Source: an uncultured Saprospiraceae bacterium | GTDB taxonomy: Bacteria; Bacteroidota; Bacteroidia; Chitinophagales; Saprospiraceae | Reading direction: 5' to 3' | DNA length: 43,394 nt | NCBI GenBank assembly: GCA_964496055.1 | Contig: CAZBYX010000002.1 | Coordinates: forward strand, 1-43,394 | Shown here: in pieces, positions 1-8,983 of the stretch | How the letters are laid out: every line of letters begins with the position of its first letter | Numbering within the stretch: the first letter of the stretch is position 1 | Notes under the pieces: generated by a model | The model's database searches: none | What the model saw: only the letters and a program-made list of their open reading frames with translations | Told to the model about the DNA's origin: nothing | Made by a program: the position numbers and the translations under genes

Positions 1-171
1 GCGCAATAATTCAGGGAGGTTTCCTTTCGCGGGCTGTCGTGGCTTTGTGGTTTTTGGTGCTAAGCGTACTTTTGCCCCGCTTTTGACGAAGGCTGACCTC
101 CGGGCGGACTTGTGGGGTGCGCGTGCGTTCCGTCACAGGCGCCGGGCGAGCCGACAAAACCAACCTGCACC

Positions 172-300
172 ATGGCTGACCATATCGAGAACGAAGGCAA
201 AAAAGGCTATTGCCTGATGTGGTTCTTCATTTTCTTTTTCCTTTTCATGGGGTTGCTCATCTACCTGTACCAGTACAACTTCAAGTACCTGGAATTTTAA
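172..300 (+). CDS. possible small single-pass membrane protein (42 aa)
   Basis: ATG at 172 lies inside the 112..300 ORF. The product MADHIENEGKKGYCLMWFFIFFFLFMGLLIYLYQYNFKYLEF has one Phe/Leu-rich hydrophobic helix. Third codon positions are mostly G/C, as in neighbouring real genes. No family recognised. Confidence 0.3.
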   Translation: MADHIENEGKKGYCLMWFFIFFFLFMGLLIYLYQYNFKYLEF

Positions 301-318
301 GGAGGGCGCGCTCCGAAT

Positions 319-1230
319 TCACTCTTCTTCCTCGGCGGCGGTTCGCATGGTTCGGCGGACGAAGGCTTCGCCGTGCTTCAGCGCCAGGGGGTTGCGCTCG
401 GGGGGTGGTTCGGCTTTGGCGAACTTGACCAGGTCGGCGGTATGCAAAACCTCGCCCAGCATTTCGAGCAGCTCGCCGTTCATGTTTCGATTCTTCAAGG
501 TTTCCAAAATCTCACCCGTCGTGCTTTCCAGGGCGGGGAAGTGGTAGCGATGCTCCAGGTATTCGCGCAGGATGTGGCTCAGCTCGCTGTAATACGCTTT
601 GAGCTGCCCTTGCTGCCAGAGTTTTTGCCGTTCCAGCCATTCCAATCGGCGGAGCGCCACTACGTGGGGCGGGTCGTGCTGTACGACGATACCCGTTTCG
701 GGGGGCTCTTCTTTTTTTCGCCAGAAACGCAAGACCACCCACAAAAGCAGCAGGAAGCCCAACACCGAAAGGAGGAAAGGCAGGAAATCCGTCAGGCGGG
801 CCGGCTCCTCGAAGATGGGTTTGATGGGGGCGAGGGCGGTGTCGGGTTCGGGCATGAGCACGCGCAGGAGGAGGGGTTGGGTGGAGGCGAGGCCCTTTGC
901 CGAACCCTGGCGGTAAGGCACCTGAAGGGCCGGAAGGCGGACGAAGCCCGAATCCCAGGCCGTTACGTAGAAGTCTTTTTGGAGCACCACCTCGGCGCCG
1001 GATTGCAGGGTGTCCCACTGGTCTTCCTGCAAGAGCTCCAGCCCCGAGCGGTTGATGAGCTCGAGGGGCGGGTCTTCCACCACCACATCGGGCGCGTGAT
1101 TGACCAGGAGGTGCACCATGAGGTGGTCGCCGATGAAAAAGGTGTTGCTGTCCACCTCGGCGGAGGCGGTGACCTGCCCCTTCAGGGCGGCGGTGCTCAA
1201 CAGCGCGATGACGAGGAGGAGGTGTTTCAT
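319..1230 (-). CDS. BatD/DUF4381-like membrane protein (signal peptide, periplasmic domain, one TM helix, helical cytoplasmic tail)
   Basis: 303-aa ORF. N-terminal signal peptide [18 protein letters not shown], central TM helix [22 protein letters not shown] followed by RKKEE. The C-terminal helical region ([10 protein letters not shown]...[17 protein letters not shown]...TTGEILETL...ADLVKFA) resembles tails of Bat/aerotolerance-operon proteins. Its ATG overlaps the purD stop (ATGA at 1227..1230). Confidence 0.65.
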   Translation of the reverse strand: MKHLLLVIALLSTAALKGQVTASAEVDSNTFFIGDHLMVHLLVNHAPDVVVEDPPLELINRSGLELLQEDQWDTLQSGAEVVLQKDFYVTAWDSGFVRLPALQVPYRQGSAKGLASTQPLLLRVLMPEPDTALAPIKPIFEEPARLTDFLPFLLSVLGFLLLLWVVLRFWRKKEEPPETGIVVQHDPPHVVALRRLEWLERQKLWQQGQLKAYYSELSHILREYLEHRYHFPALESTTGEILETLKNRNMNGELLEMLGEVLHTADLVKFAKAEPPPERNPLALKHGEAFVRRTMRTAAEEEE

Positions 1231-2507
1231 TCCAGGTCGAATCCGATGTCCTTGCGGTAATATTTTCCTTCGAAATGGATGCGTTCGGCGTTGAGCAGGC
1301 TCTGTCGGACGGCGGCATGGAAATCCTCACCGAAAGAGGTCAACGCCAGCACCCGCCCGCCGCTGGTCACCAGGCGCCCGTCCTGCATCCGGGTGCCGGC
1401 GTGAAAGACGATGCTGCCCGCCACCTCCTCCAAACCCGCGATGGTCTTTCCCTTTTCGTAAGCCCCGGGATACCCCCCCGAAACGAGCACGACGGTGGCG
1501 GCGCTGCGCGGGTCGAATTCCAGGGTTACCTCGGGCAGGGTGCCTTTTTCCAGGGCTTCGAACAGTTCCACCAGGTCGTTTTTCAGGCGGGGGAAGACCA
1601 CCTGCGTTTCGGGGTCGCCCATGCGGCAATTGTACTCGATGACGAAGGGCTCTCCGCCGACGTTGATGAGCCCGAAAAAGATGAACCCCCGGTAAGGGAT
1701 ACCGCGCGCCTGCAATCCGCGGATGGTGGGTTCGATGATGCGTTCGCGAACTTTCCCCAGGAGGGAGGCATCGGCGAAGGGGACGGGGGAGACGGCGCCC
1801 ATGCCGCCCGTGTTGGGGCCGGTGTCTCCTTCTCCCACGCGCTTGTAGTCTTTTGCCTCGGGCAACAGCACCCAGTCTTTCCCGTCGGTGAGCACGAACA
1901 CCGAAAACTCGATGCCGCTGAGAAATTCTTCCACGACCACCTTTCGGCTGGCGGCGCCGAACTTGCCGCCGAGCATGGCGCGCAGCTCGGCGCGGGCTTC
2001 CTCCCGGTCGGGGCAGATGAGCACCCCTTTCCCGGCTGCCAGGCCGTCGGCCTTGAGCACGATGGGCAGGGGGTGGGTTTCGAGGTATTTCAATCCTTCG
2101 TCCAGTTGTTCGGCGCTGAATTCGCGGTATTTTGCGGTGGGTATGCCGAATTCTTTCATGAAGTGCTTCGCCCAGGACTTGCTGCCTTCCAATCGGGCAC
2201 CGGCTTTTCCGGGGCCGATGATGAGCAGCTCGCGCAGACCCTCCTCATCGCGTAGGTAGTCGGCCAGGCCCTCCACCAAGGGTGCTTCGGGCCCCACGAC
2301 CAGCAGGTCCACCGCTTGCTCGCGGATGAAGCGGGCGATGCCGGGGAAGTCGCTCAGGTCCAGGGGTACGTTCTGCCCGCAAGCGGCGGTGCCGGGGTTG
2401 CCGGGGGCGATGAAGAGGCGCTCGCAACGCGGGCTTTGGCTCAGTTTCCAGGCAAAGGCGTGTTCGCGGCCGCCGCTGCCCAACAGCAAAATCTTTCGTC
2501 GGCTCAT
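1227..2507 (-). CDS. purD: phosphoribosylamine--glycine ligase
   Basis: 426 aa. N-terminus [22 protein letters not shown], and a GARS ATP-grasp body ([35 protein letters not shown]) collinear with PurD over its full length. Confidence 0.95.
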   Translation of the reverse strand: MSRRKILLLGSGGREHAFAWKLSQSPRCERLFIAPGNPGTAACGQNVPLDLSDFPGIARFIREQAVDLLVVGPEAPLVEGLADYLRDEEGLRELLIIGPGKAGARLEGSKSWAKHFMKEFGIPTAKYREFSAEQLDEGLKYLETHPLPIVLKADGLAAGKGVLICPDREEARAELRAMLGGKFGAASRKVVVEEFLSGIEFSVFVLTDGKDWVLLPEAKDYKRVGEGDTGPNTGGMGAVSPVPFADASLLGKVRERIIEPTIRGLQARGIPYRGFIFFGLINVGGEPFVIEYNCRMGDPETQVVFPRLKNDLVELFEALEKGTLPEVTLEFDPRSAATVVLVSGGYPGAYEKGKTIAGLEEVAGSIVFHAGTRMQDGRLVTSGGRVLALTSFGEDFHAAVRQSLLNAERIHFEGKYYRKDIGFDLE

Positions 2508-2590
2508 GTTTTTTCGAGGTGGATGGCCGTTTTGTCAGAAAGTGGAGCCCCCGAGGGAAAACGCATTTCTCCGCCGGGGCTCGGAAGCTG

Positions 2591-2598
2591 CAAATATA
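2591..2598 (-). promoter_or_regulatory. Bacteroidetes -7 promoter box TATATTTG (TAnnTTTG), candidate purD promoter
   Basis: The plus strand reads CAAATATA, which is TATATTTG on the minus strand, about 84 nt upstream of the purD ATG (2507). Confidence 0.35.
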
Positions 2599-2659
2599 CC
2601 AGCGTCGGCAGGGTTTCAATTCCTGGGCGCCTTCGATTCGAAAAGAAGTCCTTCGCTCC

Positions 2660-3886
2660 ATGAAAAAATTCTGGATTCTGCTCCTGGCCGCCCTCCTTTT
2701 TCACTGCAATCCTTCGGTGCGCAGCACCCTGTGGAACTACACCCCCGAAGACACCCCTCCTGCCTACGAGCATGCCGACAACCCTTGCTGCCGCGACAAG
2801 CTCAACTACGCCCCCGACACCAACCACCTCGAACACACCCCCATCAAGTACGTGCGCCTGAACTTCCACATCATGAACTCCAGCGACAGCAGTCGGAATT
2901 TCGGCGAGGAGGAAGGGGTGAAATTCGTGCGCGAGCTGCTCAAATACGCCCACAAAAGTTTGGAAAACAACGAGAAGATGTTCCTTCCCCCCGGCAACGA
3001 CACCCCCGTGCTGCCCACCCGCTACCGCTACGTGCTCACCCCCCGACCCGATGACCCCCACGACGACGGCATCTACTTCCACTACGACGACGAGCTGTAC
3101 TTCTATGTCGTTCGGGGCAAGCATCGAAACAACTTTCGGCGGGAGGTCGTCCGCAAATACGGCGTCCAGCTCGACACGGTGCTCAACGTCTTCCTCATGC
3201 CCCACCACCCTGACAGCGTCGCTTCGCCCACCTACGGCGCCTACGGAGCGGGTATCGCGCTGGGCAACGCCGTGAAGATTACGGGCTGCTACGAAATCGG
3301 CACCCCGCCCTGGGGCATCCGCGGCACTTTCAACCACGAAATCGGGCACATCTTCGGCTTGCGGCACACCTGGAGCGGCGACGACGGCTGCGCCGACACC
3401 CCCAACCACCCGGGCTGCTGGAGCCGCACCCCCGACCCGCCCTGCGATTCCCTGGCCTCGAACAACCTCATGGACCACAACGCCTGGCAAAACGCCTGGA
3501 CCCCCTGCCAAATCGCCACCATCCACTACAACATGGCCCGCGAGCGCACGCGCGTGCGCAAGCTGCTCCTGCCCCGCTGGTGCGAGCTGCACGACGACCA
3601 GCACATCGTCGTCCGCGACAGCGTCCACTGGAAGTCCATGAAAGACCTGGAGGGCCATCTGACCGTCGCCGAGGGCGGCGTCTTGCGAATCAGTTGCCGG
3701 GTTTCCCTGCCCCGCGGCGCCCGCATCACCGTACAGCCCGGCGGCAAGCTCATCCTCGACAATTGCCGCCTCCACAACGCCTGCGGCGACACCTGGCAGG
3801 GCATCTTCGTGCAAAAACGCGGCAAGCGCGAAGGGCAAGTGGTGGTGGTGGGAAACCCCCGGCTCGAAAACCTGCACCCCGGATGA
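2660..3886 (+). CDS. secreted/lipoprotein zinc metalloprotease, metzincin (M43 pappalysin/cytophagalysin-like)
   Basis: In-frame ATG at 2660 gives MKKFWILLLAALLFHCNPS, a signal peptide with a lipobox-like Cys. Extended zinc site HEIGHIFGLRHTW (HExxHxxGxxH) followed by a Cys-rich segment. The 2519 start in the track would add a non-signal leader. Confidence 0.85.
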   Translation: MKKFWILLLAALLFHCNPSVRSTLWNYTPEDTPPAYEHADNPCCRDKLNYAPDTNHLEHTPIKYVRLNFHIMNSSDSSRNFGEEEGVKFVRELLKYAHKSLENNEKMFLPPGNDTPVLPTRYRYVLTPRPDDPHDDGIYFHYDDELYFYVVRGKHRNNFRREVVRKYGVQLDTVLNVFLMPHHPDSVASPTYGAYGAGIALGNAVKITGCYEIGTPPWGIRGTFNHEIGHIFGLRHTWSGDDGCADTPNHPGCWSRTPDPPCDSLASNNLMDHNAWQNAWTPCQIATIHYNMARERTRVRKLLLPRWCELHDDQHIVVRDSVHWKSMKDLEGHLTVAEGGVLRISCRVSLPRGARITVQPGGKLILDNCRLHNACGDTWQGIFVQKRGKREGQVVVVGNPRLENLHPG

Positions 3887-3914
3887 GCCCCAAACCCCAA
3901 CCGCCCAACTCCCT

Positions 3915-3936
3915 CCCGGAGAAGGTTCCGGGTTTG
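3915..3936 (+). terminator. weak terminator-like hairpin after the metalloprotease gene
   Basis: CCCGGA (3915..3920) pairs with TCCGGG (3927..3932) across a 6-nt loop, followed by TTTGT. The stem is short, hence low confidence. Confidence 0.3.
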
Positions 3937-4017
3937 TGGGAAGGGGGAGAATGGAACGGGTTTGCGCCCTCGCCCGTTGGGGGGGACGGCCCTGACTCTT
4001 GCCGGTGGCTCCTTCCT

Positions 4018-4455
4018 TCAAGGGCCGTCCAGGTACGTTTTCAATTGTTGTCGGAGAAAGTAGTCCCAGCCCGCCTGACAGCTTTCCCTTCGAAATTCGG
4101 GGATGTTTTGCGGGAAATTTTCCACCACCCGGTGGATGAGGCGCAGACGGGTGCCGGTGGGGGTGGGGGCCAGCTCGAAAGTGACGTAGGAATCGCCCGG
4201 ATAGCCTTCGTAGGTCCAGTGCAGGACCAGCTTCCTGGGGGGAAGGGCTTCGGTCACCCTCCAGAGGTGCGGGAAGGTGCGCCCCCCGGACTGCACCTCG
4301 AAGCGGGTTTGAAAACCCGGCCGGGGGCGAAAGTCCGGGATGTTGTCGAAGAACCAGGCGCGCATGCGAGCGGGTTCGGTGAGGGCCGCCCACACTTCGG
4401 AGGGGCTTTGGTGGAGCAGCACTTCGACGGTTACGGGCCGGGGCAATTCGGGCAT
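4018..4455 (-). CDS. SRPBCC superfamily protein (AHSA1/START-like)
   Basis: 145 aa. The pattern VEVLLHQSPSEVWAALTEPARMRAWFF...TYEGYPGDSYVTFEL...GTRLRLIH is typical of Aha1-domain/polyketide-cyclase-fold small proteins. Confidence 0.85.
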   Translation of the reverse strand: MPELPRPVTVEVLLHQSPSEVWAALTEPARMRAWFFDNIPDFRPRPGFQTRFEVQSGGRTFPHLWRVTEALPPRKLVLHWTYEGYPGDSYVTFELAPTPTGTRLRLIHRVVENFPQNIPEFRRESCQAGWDYFLRQQLKTYLDGP

Positions 4456-4459
4456 GGGT

Positions 4460-4981
4460 TCAGTCGGCGGGTTGAGGGCGAACGGCCTGGTACATCAGCT
4501 CCACATCCTCCAGGGAGAAGGTTCCGAGCAAGCCCGTCTGGAAGATGAGTTCCAGGTCGCCCTGGATGCGGAAATGGCGGAAGCCGTAATTGGGCAGGGA
4601 ATCCACCACGAGCTTGTAAATGAAGCCGTCGTCTTCTTCGCGCACGATTTCGGCGAAGTAGGGGTTGGCTTTCACCTCGCTGAGCTGGTCGGCTTTGATG
4701 CGGCTCAGGTCGTTGGTGGTGGATTGGGAGGCGAAAATCTGGATGGAGAAGTCCTCGCCCTTTCGCACGGTCACATCTTTGATGAAACCCAGGTCGTTTT
4801 GTTTCACTTCGGCGCTGTCGGGGGCCAGGATGGTGACGGGCAGGCCGTACTCGAGCAAGTTGAGGGGTTTGAGTTGGGCGGCCGGGTCTGTTTGGCAGGC
4901 GGCGAGAAGGCCGAGCAGAAAAAAGAGGACGGAATGCGCAGGTTGCAGGCGGGGTGTTTTGTTTTGAAGGGTCGCGGTCAT
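4460..4981 (-). CDS. hypothetical lipoprotein (173 aa)
   Basis: Internal ATG at 4981 gives MTATLQNKTPRLQPAHSVLFFLLGLLAACQTD, a signal peptide with lipobox LAAC. The longer 5245 start would add a Gly/Pro-rich non-signal leader reaching the first two nucleotides of the recN start codon (5244..5245). The stop is 4 nt from the SRPBCC start, so the two are probably an operon. Confidence 0.7.
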   Translation of the reverse strand: MTATLQNKTPRLQPAHSVLFFLLGLLAACQTDPAAQLKPLNLLEYGLPVTILAPDSAEVKQNDLGFIKDVTVRKGEDFSIQIFASQSTTNDLSRIKADQLSEVKANPYFAEIVREEDDGFIYKLVVDSLPNYGFRHFRIQGDLELIFQTGLLGTFSLEDVELMYQAVRPQPAD

Positions 4982-5035
4982 GCAGGTGGTTTTTTTCAGG
5001 CTTTCGAAAAAGGGGTGGCACGCTGGGAACGTCCG

Positions 5036-5043
5036 CAAAAATA
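5036..5043 (-). promoter_or_regulatory. -7 promoter box TATTTTTG, candidate promoter of the lipoprotein/SRPBCC operon
   Basis: The plus strand reads CAAAAATA, which is TATTTTTG on the minus strand, 55 nt upstream of the ATG at 4981. Confidence 0.4.
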
Positions 5044-5207
5044 GGCTTTTCCGGGGGCTTGGAGGGGCACGACAAGGCGACTCGGCACCCCCACCTCCAA
5101 CCCCTTGCCCAGCGAGGAGGGCTGCGGAGCGGGGTGTGGGGTGGGTGGGGGCAAGGGGCTTCCCGGGGTCGGGAAAAGTCAATCGGTGCCGGGTCGAATG
5201 CTTGCCG

Positions 5208-5215
5208 TAAATTTG
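5208..5215 (+). promoter_or_regulatory. -7 promoter box TAAATTTG, candidate recN promoter
   Basis: Perfect TAnnTTTG 29 nt upstream of the recN ATG (5244). Immediately followed by the 8-nt palindrome GCAATTGC (5217..5224). Confidence 0.45.
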
Positions 5216-5243
5216 TGCAATTGCTCCACATCCCCCAATCGAC

Positions 5244-6938
5244 ATGATAAAAAGCCTGACCGTAAGAAACTACGCGATCATCGAGAGCCTGCACCTGGAT
5301 TTCCACCGAGGGCTGACCATCATCACCGGGGAGACGGGCGCCGGCAAATCCATCCTTTTGGGAGCTCTGGGGCTCATCATGGGCAAACGCGCGGACACCC
5401 GCGTGCTCTATTTCCCCGAACGAAAATGTGTGGTGGAGGGGGTCTTCGACCTGTCGCCCTACGAGCTGCGGCCCTTCTTCGAAGCCCACGATATCGATTA
5501 CGATGCGGAGTGCATCCTGCGGCGGGAAATCACGCCGGCGGGCAAGTCGCGCGCCTTCATCAACGACACTCCCGTCACCCTGCCCGTTTTGCGGCAATTG
5601 TGCGGCGCGCTCATCGACCTGCACCAGCAGTTCGACACGCTCGACCTGCACCAGGTCTCCTTCCAGTTGAAAATGGTGGATGCCCTGGCCGGCAACGCCG
5701 CCTTGCTGGAACGCTATCGGCAAGCCTATCAGGCTTACCAGACCACCCTCCGCCTCTTGGAGGAGCGCCGGGAAGAGCTGGCCAAAGGACTCGAAGAGCG
5801 GGACTTCGTTCAATTCCAGCTCGAGGAGTTCGAGGAATTGCGCCTGGAAGCCGGCGAGCAAGATACCCTCGAAGCCGAACGCGACCAACTCGGCCATGCC
5901 GAGGAAATCAAGCGCAGCCTGCTGCAAACCTGGCAGGGCCTCATCGAGGGAGATAACGCCGCCACCGAGCAATTGCGCACCCTGCTCAGCCAACTGGAGG
6001 CGGTGCAAAAGTATCACCCCGAAGTGCCCGCTCTGGCCCGACGGCTCGAAACAACCCTGCTGGAGTTGCGCGACCTGGCTCAGGAATGCGAACGCCTCGC
6101 CGAAGAAGCCGAATTCGACCCGCAGCGCCTCGAGGAGGTGGAAGCCCGCCTGGATGCCATCTACCGCCTGCAAAACAAGCACCGCGTCTCCACCGTGGAG
6201 GAACTGCTCGACATTCAGCAGAAGCTCGAGCAGCGCAGCCTTTCCACCGACACCCTCCAAGCGGAAATCGAGGCCCTCGAAGCCGAGTGCGAGCGCCGAA
6301 AGAAGGAGCTGGAGCAACTCGCCGCCGAGCTGCACGAGCGCCGCCGGGATGCCATCCCCGCTTTCGAGGAAAAAGTGCAGCGCCTGCTGGCGGAGCTGGC
6401 CATGCCGCACGCCCGCTTCCGGGTGGAGCTGCACGCCCTGGAAGCACTCGGGGCCTCGGGCAAGGACGCCGTGCATTTCCTCTTCGCCGCCAACAAGGGG
6501 GCGGAGCTCCAGCAGCTCAAGGATGTCGCTTCCGGCGGGGAGCTGGCCCGCCTGACCCTTGTCACCAAATCGCTGGTGGCCAAAGCCATCCCCCTGCCGA
6601 CCCTCATCTTCGACGAAATCGACGTGGGCGTTTCCGGGGACGTAGCCCTGCGCATGGGGCAAATCCTGGGGCGTTTGGCGGCCGACCACCAGGTCGTCTG
6701 CATTACCCATTCCCCGCAAATCGCCGCCCGGGCCGACCTGCATTATTTCGTGTACAAAACCGACACCCCCGAACGCACCCTCGCCCGGGTGAAAGCCCTC
6801 CACAACGAAGAGCGCGTCACGGCCATCGCTGCCATGCTCAGCCAAAACCCGCCCACCCCCTCCGCCCTCGACAACGCCCGCGAATTGCTCGCCCTGGCCG
6901 CCGAAGAATCCCTGACGGCTCCCACCGCCAAAAAGTAA
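5244..6938 (+). CDS. recN: DNA repair protein RecN
   Basis: 564 aa. N-terminus MIKSLTVRNYAIIESL, Walker A GETGAGKS, long coiled-coil middle, C-terminal signature SGGELARL and Walker B LIFDEIDVG. Confidence 0.95.
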   Translation: MIKSLTVRNYAIIESLHLDFHRGLTIITGETGAGKSILLGALGLIMGKRADTRVLYFPERKCVVEGVFDLSPYELRPFFEAHDIDYDAECILRREITPAGKSRAFINDTPVTLPVLRQLCGALIDLHQQFDTLDLHQVSFQLKMVDALAGNAALLERYRQAYQAYQTTLRLLEERREELAKGLEERDFVQFQLEEFEELRLEAGEQDTLEAERDQLGHAEEIKRSLLQTWQGLIEGDNAATEQLRTLLSQLEAVQKYHPEVPALARRLETTLLELRDLAQECERLAEEAEFDPQRLEEVEARLDAIYRLQNKHRVSTVEELLDIQQKLEQRSLSTDTLQAEIEALEAECERRKKELEQLAAELHERRRDAIPAFEEKVQRLLAELAMPHARFRVELHALEALGASGKDAVHFLFAANKGAELQQLKDVASGGELARLTLVTKSLVAKAIPLPTLIFDEIDVGVSGDVALRMGQILGRLAADHQVVCITHSPQIAARADLHYFVYKTDTPERTLARVKALHNEERVTAIAAMLSQNPPTPSALDNARELLALAAEESLTAPTAKK

Positions 6939-7075
6939 TCCATGGGAGGGGATGGGTTTGTCGGCCCCGGTGGCAAGGGCTCGCTCTGCCCGCCTGTCGG
7001 ACGGGGGGCATTCCCGCCCTGGAGAAATTGGTAATTTCGCCCCGCCCACGGAGAACCCCGCAACGATTCCGACCT

Positions 7076-7687
7076 ATGACGCTTCGAGTTATCGCACTGC
7101 TTTGGCTGGCTTTTGCTTTTCTGCCCCTGCTTTCGGCCCAGCAGCGGTTCAAAGCCGGTTTCACCGCCGGGCTGAATGCCTCCCAAATCCAGGGGGACGA
7201 CACGGGGGGCTACAACAAGCTCGGCCTGGTGGGTGGTTTGAAGGGCATCGCCGTGCTGGGGGAGCGCTCCGAGCTCAGCCTCGAACTGACCTACAGCCAG
7301 CGCGGCAGCAGAAACGACAAAGCCGAACCGGTGGACATCGTCATCCGACTGGCTTACGCCGAAGTGCCGGTGCTGTTCAATTACAAGGACTGGTACGTCG
7401 AAGACGGGGACTACCACCGCGTCATGGGCAGCATAGGCTTCAGCTATGGCCGCCTGCTCAGCGCCGAATCCGAGGGCCTGACCTCCAAATACATCGACGA
7501 GACCGATAACTTCACCAAAGACGACTTCTCCTTCGTGGTGGGCGCCGAATTTTTCTTCCAGCCGCGGCTCAGCCTGGGGATTCGCTGGAACTCTTCCTTC
7601 AACAAGCTTTTCCACAACGACCACGCCCCAGGAAAGAATGAGTTGCGTGGCTACTTCCTCTCCTTTCGACTCAATTACCTGCTCTGA
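7076..7687 (+). CDS. outer-membrane beta-barrel protein (porin/PorT-like family)
   Basis: ATG at 7076 gives the signal peptide MTLRVIALLWLAFAFLPLLSAQQ. Alternating hydrophobic beta-strand pattern, with the aromatic terminus FRLNYLL typical of OM barrels. The upstream part of the 6086..7687 ORF overlaps recN out of frame and is not coding. Confidence 0.8.
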   Translation: MTLRVIALLWLAFAFLPLLSAQQRFKAGFTAGLNASQIQGDDTGGYNKLGLVGGLKGIAVLGERSELSLELTYSQRGSRNDKAEPVDIVIRLAYAEVPVLFNYKDWYVEDGDYHRVMGSIGFSYGRLLSAESEGLTSKYIDETDNFTKDDFSFVVGAEFFFQPRLSLGIRWNSSFNKLFHNDHAPGKNELRGYFLSFRLNYLL

Positions 7688-7762
7688 ACCGACCGGCCTT
7701 TCGGCGCATTTGGAGGGCTTGGGCCGAATGCGCATTTTTGTCGGCCATCAAAACGCCGACAC

Positions 7763-8269
7763 ATGAAGTCCTTCTTCCTCCTCTTCGCCGCCGCCCTGCT
7801 CATTTGGAGCTGCAGCTCTTCTTCGGACAAGCCCGCCGAAAACCCTTCTCCTGAAGCGGCCGCCCAGAACGCACCCGCCCTCCCCAGCCTGCCTTACGAA
7901 ACGGTGCAATACCTGTGGGAAAACTGCGATTACGTGGACTACGTCTTCTACCAGTTGCCCATCAGCATGAGCATGAGCGACCAGAACAGCATCCGCTACT
8001 CCATCAGCCACATCGCCCAGGATGCCGCTACGCTGAACCCCAACTGCCCGGCCATCGGCCGCATCTTCTTCCAGGAAAAAGGCGAGAACATCCTCGAAGC
8101 CGACATCCATTTCGGGGAGGGATGCCGCTACTTCGTCTTCCTGAAAGAGGGAAAGCCGGCCTACGCCAACCTCATCACGGACGTGGGAGTGCAATACCTG
8201 AACGAACGCATCACCCAGGCCATGCAGGTGCGTCGTCAGCTGGAGCAACAGCAACAGGGCGGTCAGTGA
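7763..8269 (+). CDS. hypothetical lipoprotein (168 aa)
   Basis: MKSFFLLFAAALLIWSCSSS is a signal peptide with a lipobox Cys. Four further Cys and a Gln-rich C-terminus. No family recognised. Confidence 0.7.
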   Translation: MKSFFLLFAAALLIWSCSSSSDKPAENPSPEAAAQNAPALPSLPYETVQYLWENCDYVDYVFYQLPISMSMSDQNSIRYSISHIAQDAATLNPNCPAIGRIFFQEKGENILEADIHFGEGCRYFVFLKEGKPAYANLITDVGVQYLNERITQAMQVRRQLEQQQQGGQ

Positions 8270-8345
8270 AGACTCGTCGCTTCGAATTCCTCAGAAGGGG
8301 GCTTCGCTCCCCCTAACCACTTGCCCCTGAATCAGAAGGGATGGC

Positions 8346-8367
8346 ACCCTCTGCAGCGGCAGAGGGT
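8346..8367 (+). terminator. strong stem-loop between the lipoprotein gene and the dtd promoter (possible terminator)
   Basis: ACCCTCTGC (8346..8354) and GCAGAGGGT (8359..8367) form a perfect 9-bp stem with loop AGCG. There is no clear T-run after it. Confidence 0.35.
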
Positions 8368-8396
8368 TGCTTCAATACCGTCGCCGCATCGTTTTC

Positions 8397-8404
8397 TATC
8401 TTTG
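8397..8404 (+). promoter_or_regulatory. -7 promoter box TATCTTTG, candidate dtd promoter
   Basis: Perfect TAnnTTTG 36 nt upstream of the dtd ATG (8440). Confidence 0.45.
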
Positions 8405-8439
8405 GCGCCTTCTTTCACCGACGAAAAATTGCGGGCCGA

Positions 8440-8892
8440 ATGCGAGTACTCATTCAAAGGGTTTCGGAAGCCTGGGTGCGCATCGAGGGGGCGGAGCGGG
8501 CGCGCATCGGCTGGGGGTTGTTGCTCTTTGTGGGCATCGAGACCGAAGACTCGGAGGAAGACATCCCCTATCTGGTGAAGAAGGTCAGCCAGTTGCGCAT
8601 CTTCGCCGACGAGCAGGGCCTGATGAACCGCAGCATCCAGGACGTGGAGGGGGAATTCCTGGTCATCAGCCAGTTCACCCTGCACGCCAGCACGAAGAAA
8701 GGCAACCGCCCCTCCTACATCCGCGCCGCGCGCCCCGAGCGAGCCGTCCCCCTGTACGAGCGCTTCGTCGAAGCCCTGCGCAGCGCCTCGGGCCGCCCCG
8801 TCAAAACCGGGGAGTTCGGCGCCCACATGGAAGTCGGGCTCGTCAACGACGGCCCCGTCACCATCTGGATGGACTCGCGCAATCGGGAGTGA
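8440..8892 (+). CDS. dtd: D-aminoacyl-tRNA deacylase
   Basis: ATG at 8440 gives a 150-aa product: MRVLIQRV...LLLFVGI...SQFTLHA...[10 protein letters not shown], including the Dtd SQFTL and GPVT motifs. Confidence 0.93.
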   Translation: MRVLIQRVSEAWVRIEGAERARIGWGLLLFVGIETEDSEEDIPYLVKKVSQLRIFADEQGLMNRSIQDVEGEFLVISQFTLHASTKKGNRPSYIRAARPERAVPLYERFVEALRSASGRPVKTGEFGAHMEVGLVNDGPVTIWMDSRNRE

Positions 8893-8983
8893 GTCGGCCC
8901 GGCTGCCGTCCTGCAGAATTACCGTACTTTCGAACTCCGTTCGGAAGACCTCTCGCGAACAGAGATTGTGATAACTTAGGGCT

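Noticed and set aside
5131-5158. The shared GGG(G)CAAG(G/C) core in three spacers (5148.., 15177.., 41203..) as a dispersed repeat family.
   Set aside because: The shared core is only about 8-9 nt in GC-rich sequence, and the flanks do not align. This is insufficient to call a repeat element without a genome-wide count.
4431-7049. 872-aa ORF on the minus strand, antisense to recN and the lipoprotein gene. Similar giant antisense ORFs occur at 2504..4393(-), 10421..12139(-), 14081..16813(+), 16735..18834(-), 22312..23937(-), 28648..31152(-), 36921..38723(-) and 40067..41176(-).
   Set aside because: Each lies exactly opposite a gene with clear family motifs (recN, the M43 protease, ftcD, prfA/M20, the DUF255 protein, gldM, priA, relA/spoT, hppD). 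Their translations are low-complexity and rich in G/A/V/L/H/R/P with no recognisable motifs. This is the usual stop-codon-poor shadow frame of high-GC coding DNA.
6086-7075. Long N-terminal extensions offered by the ORF track for the beta-barrel protein (6086), BtpA (26325), PriA (28408), RlmB (13146), the lipoprotein (5245), ClpP (34676), the TM2 protein (41200) and others.
   Set aside because: The extensions overlap neighbouring genes or repeats and translate to Arg/Pro/Gly-rich junk. Internal ATGs give proper signal peptides or canonical family N-termini, and several sit just downstream of -7 boxes.
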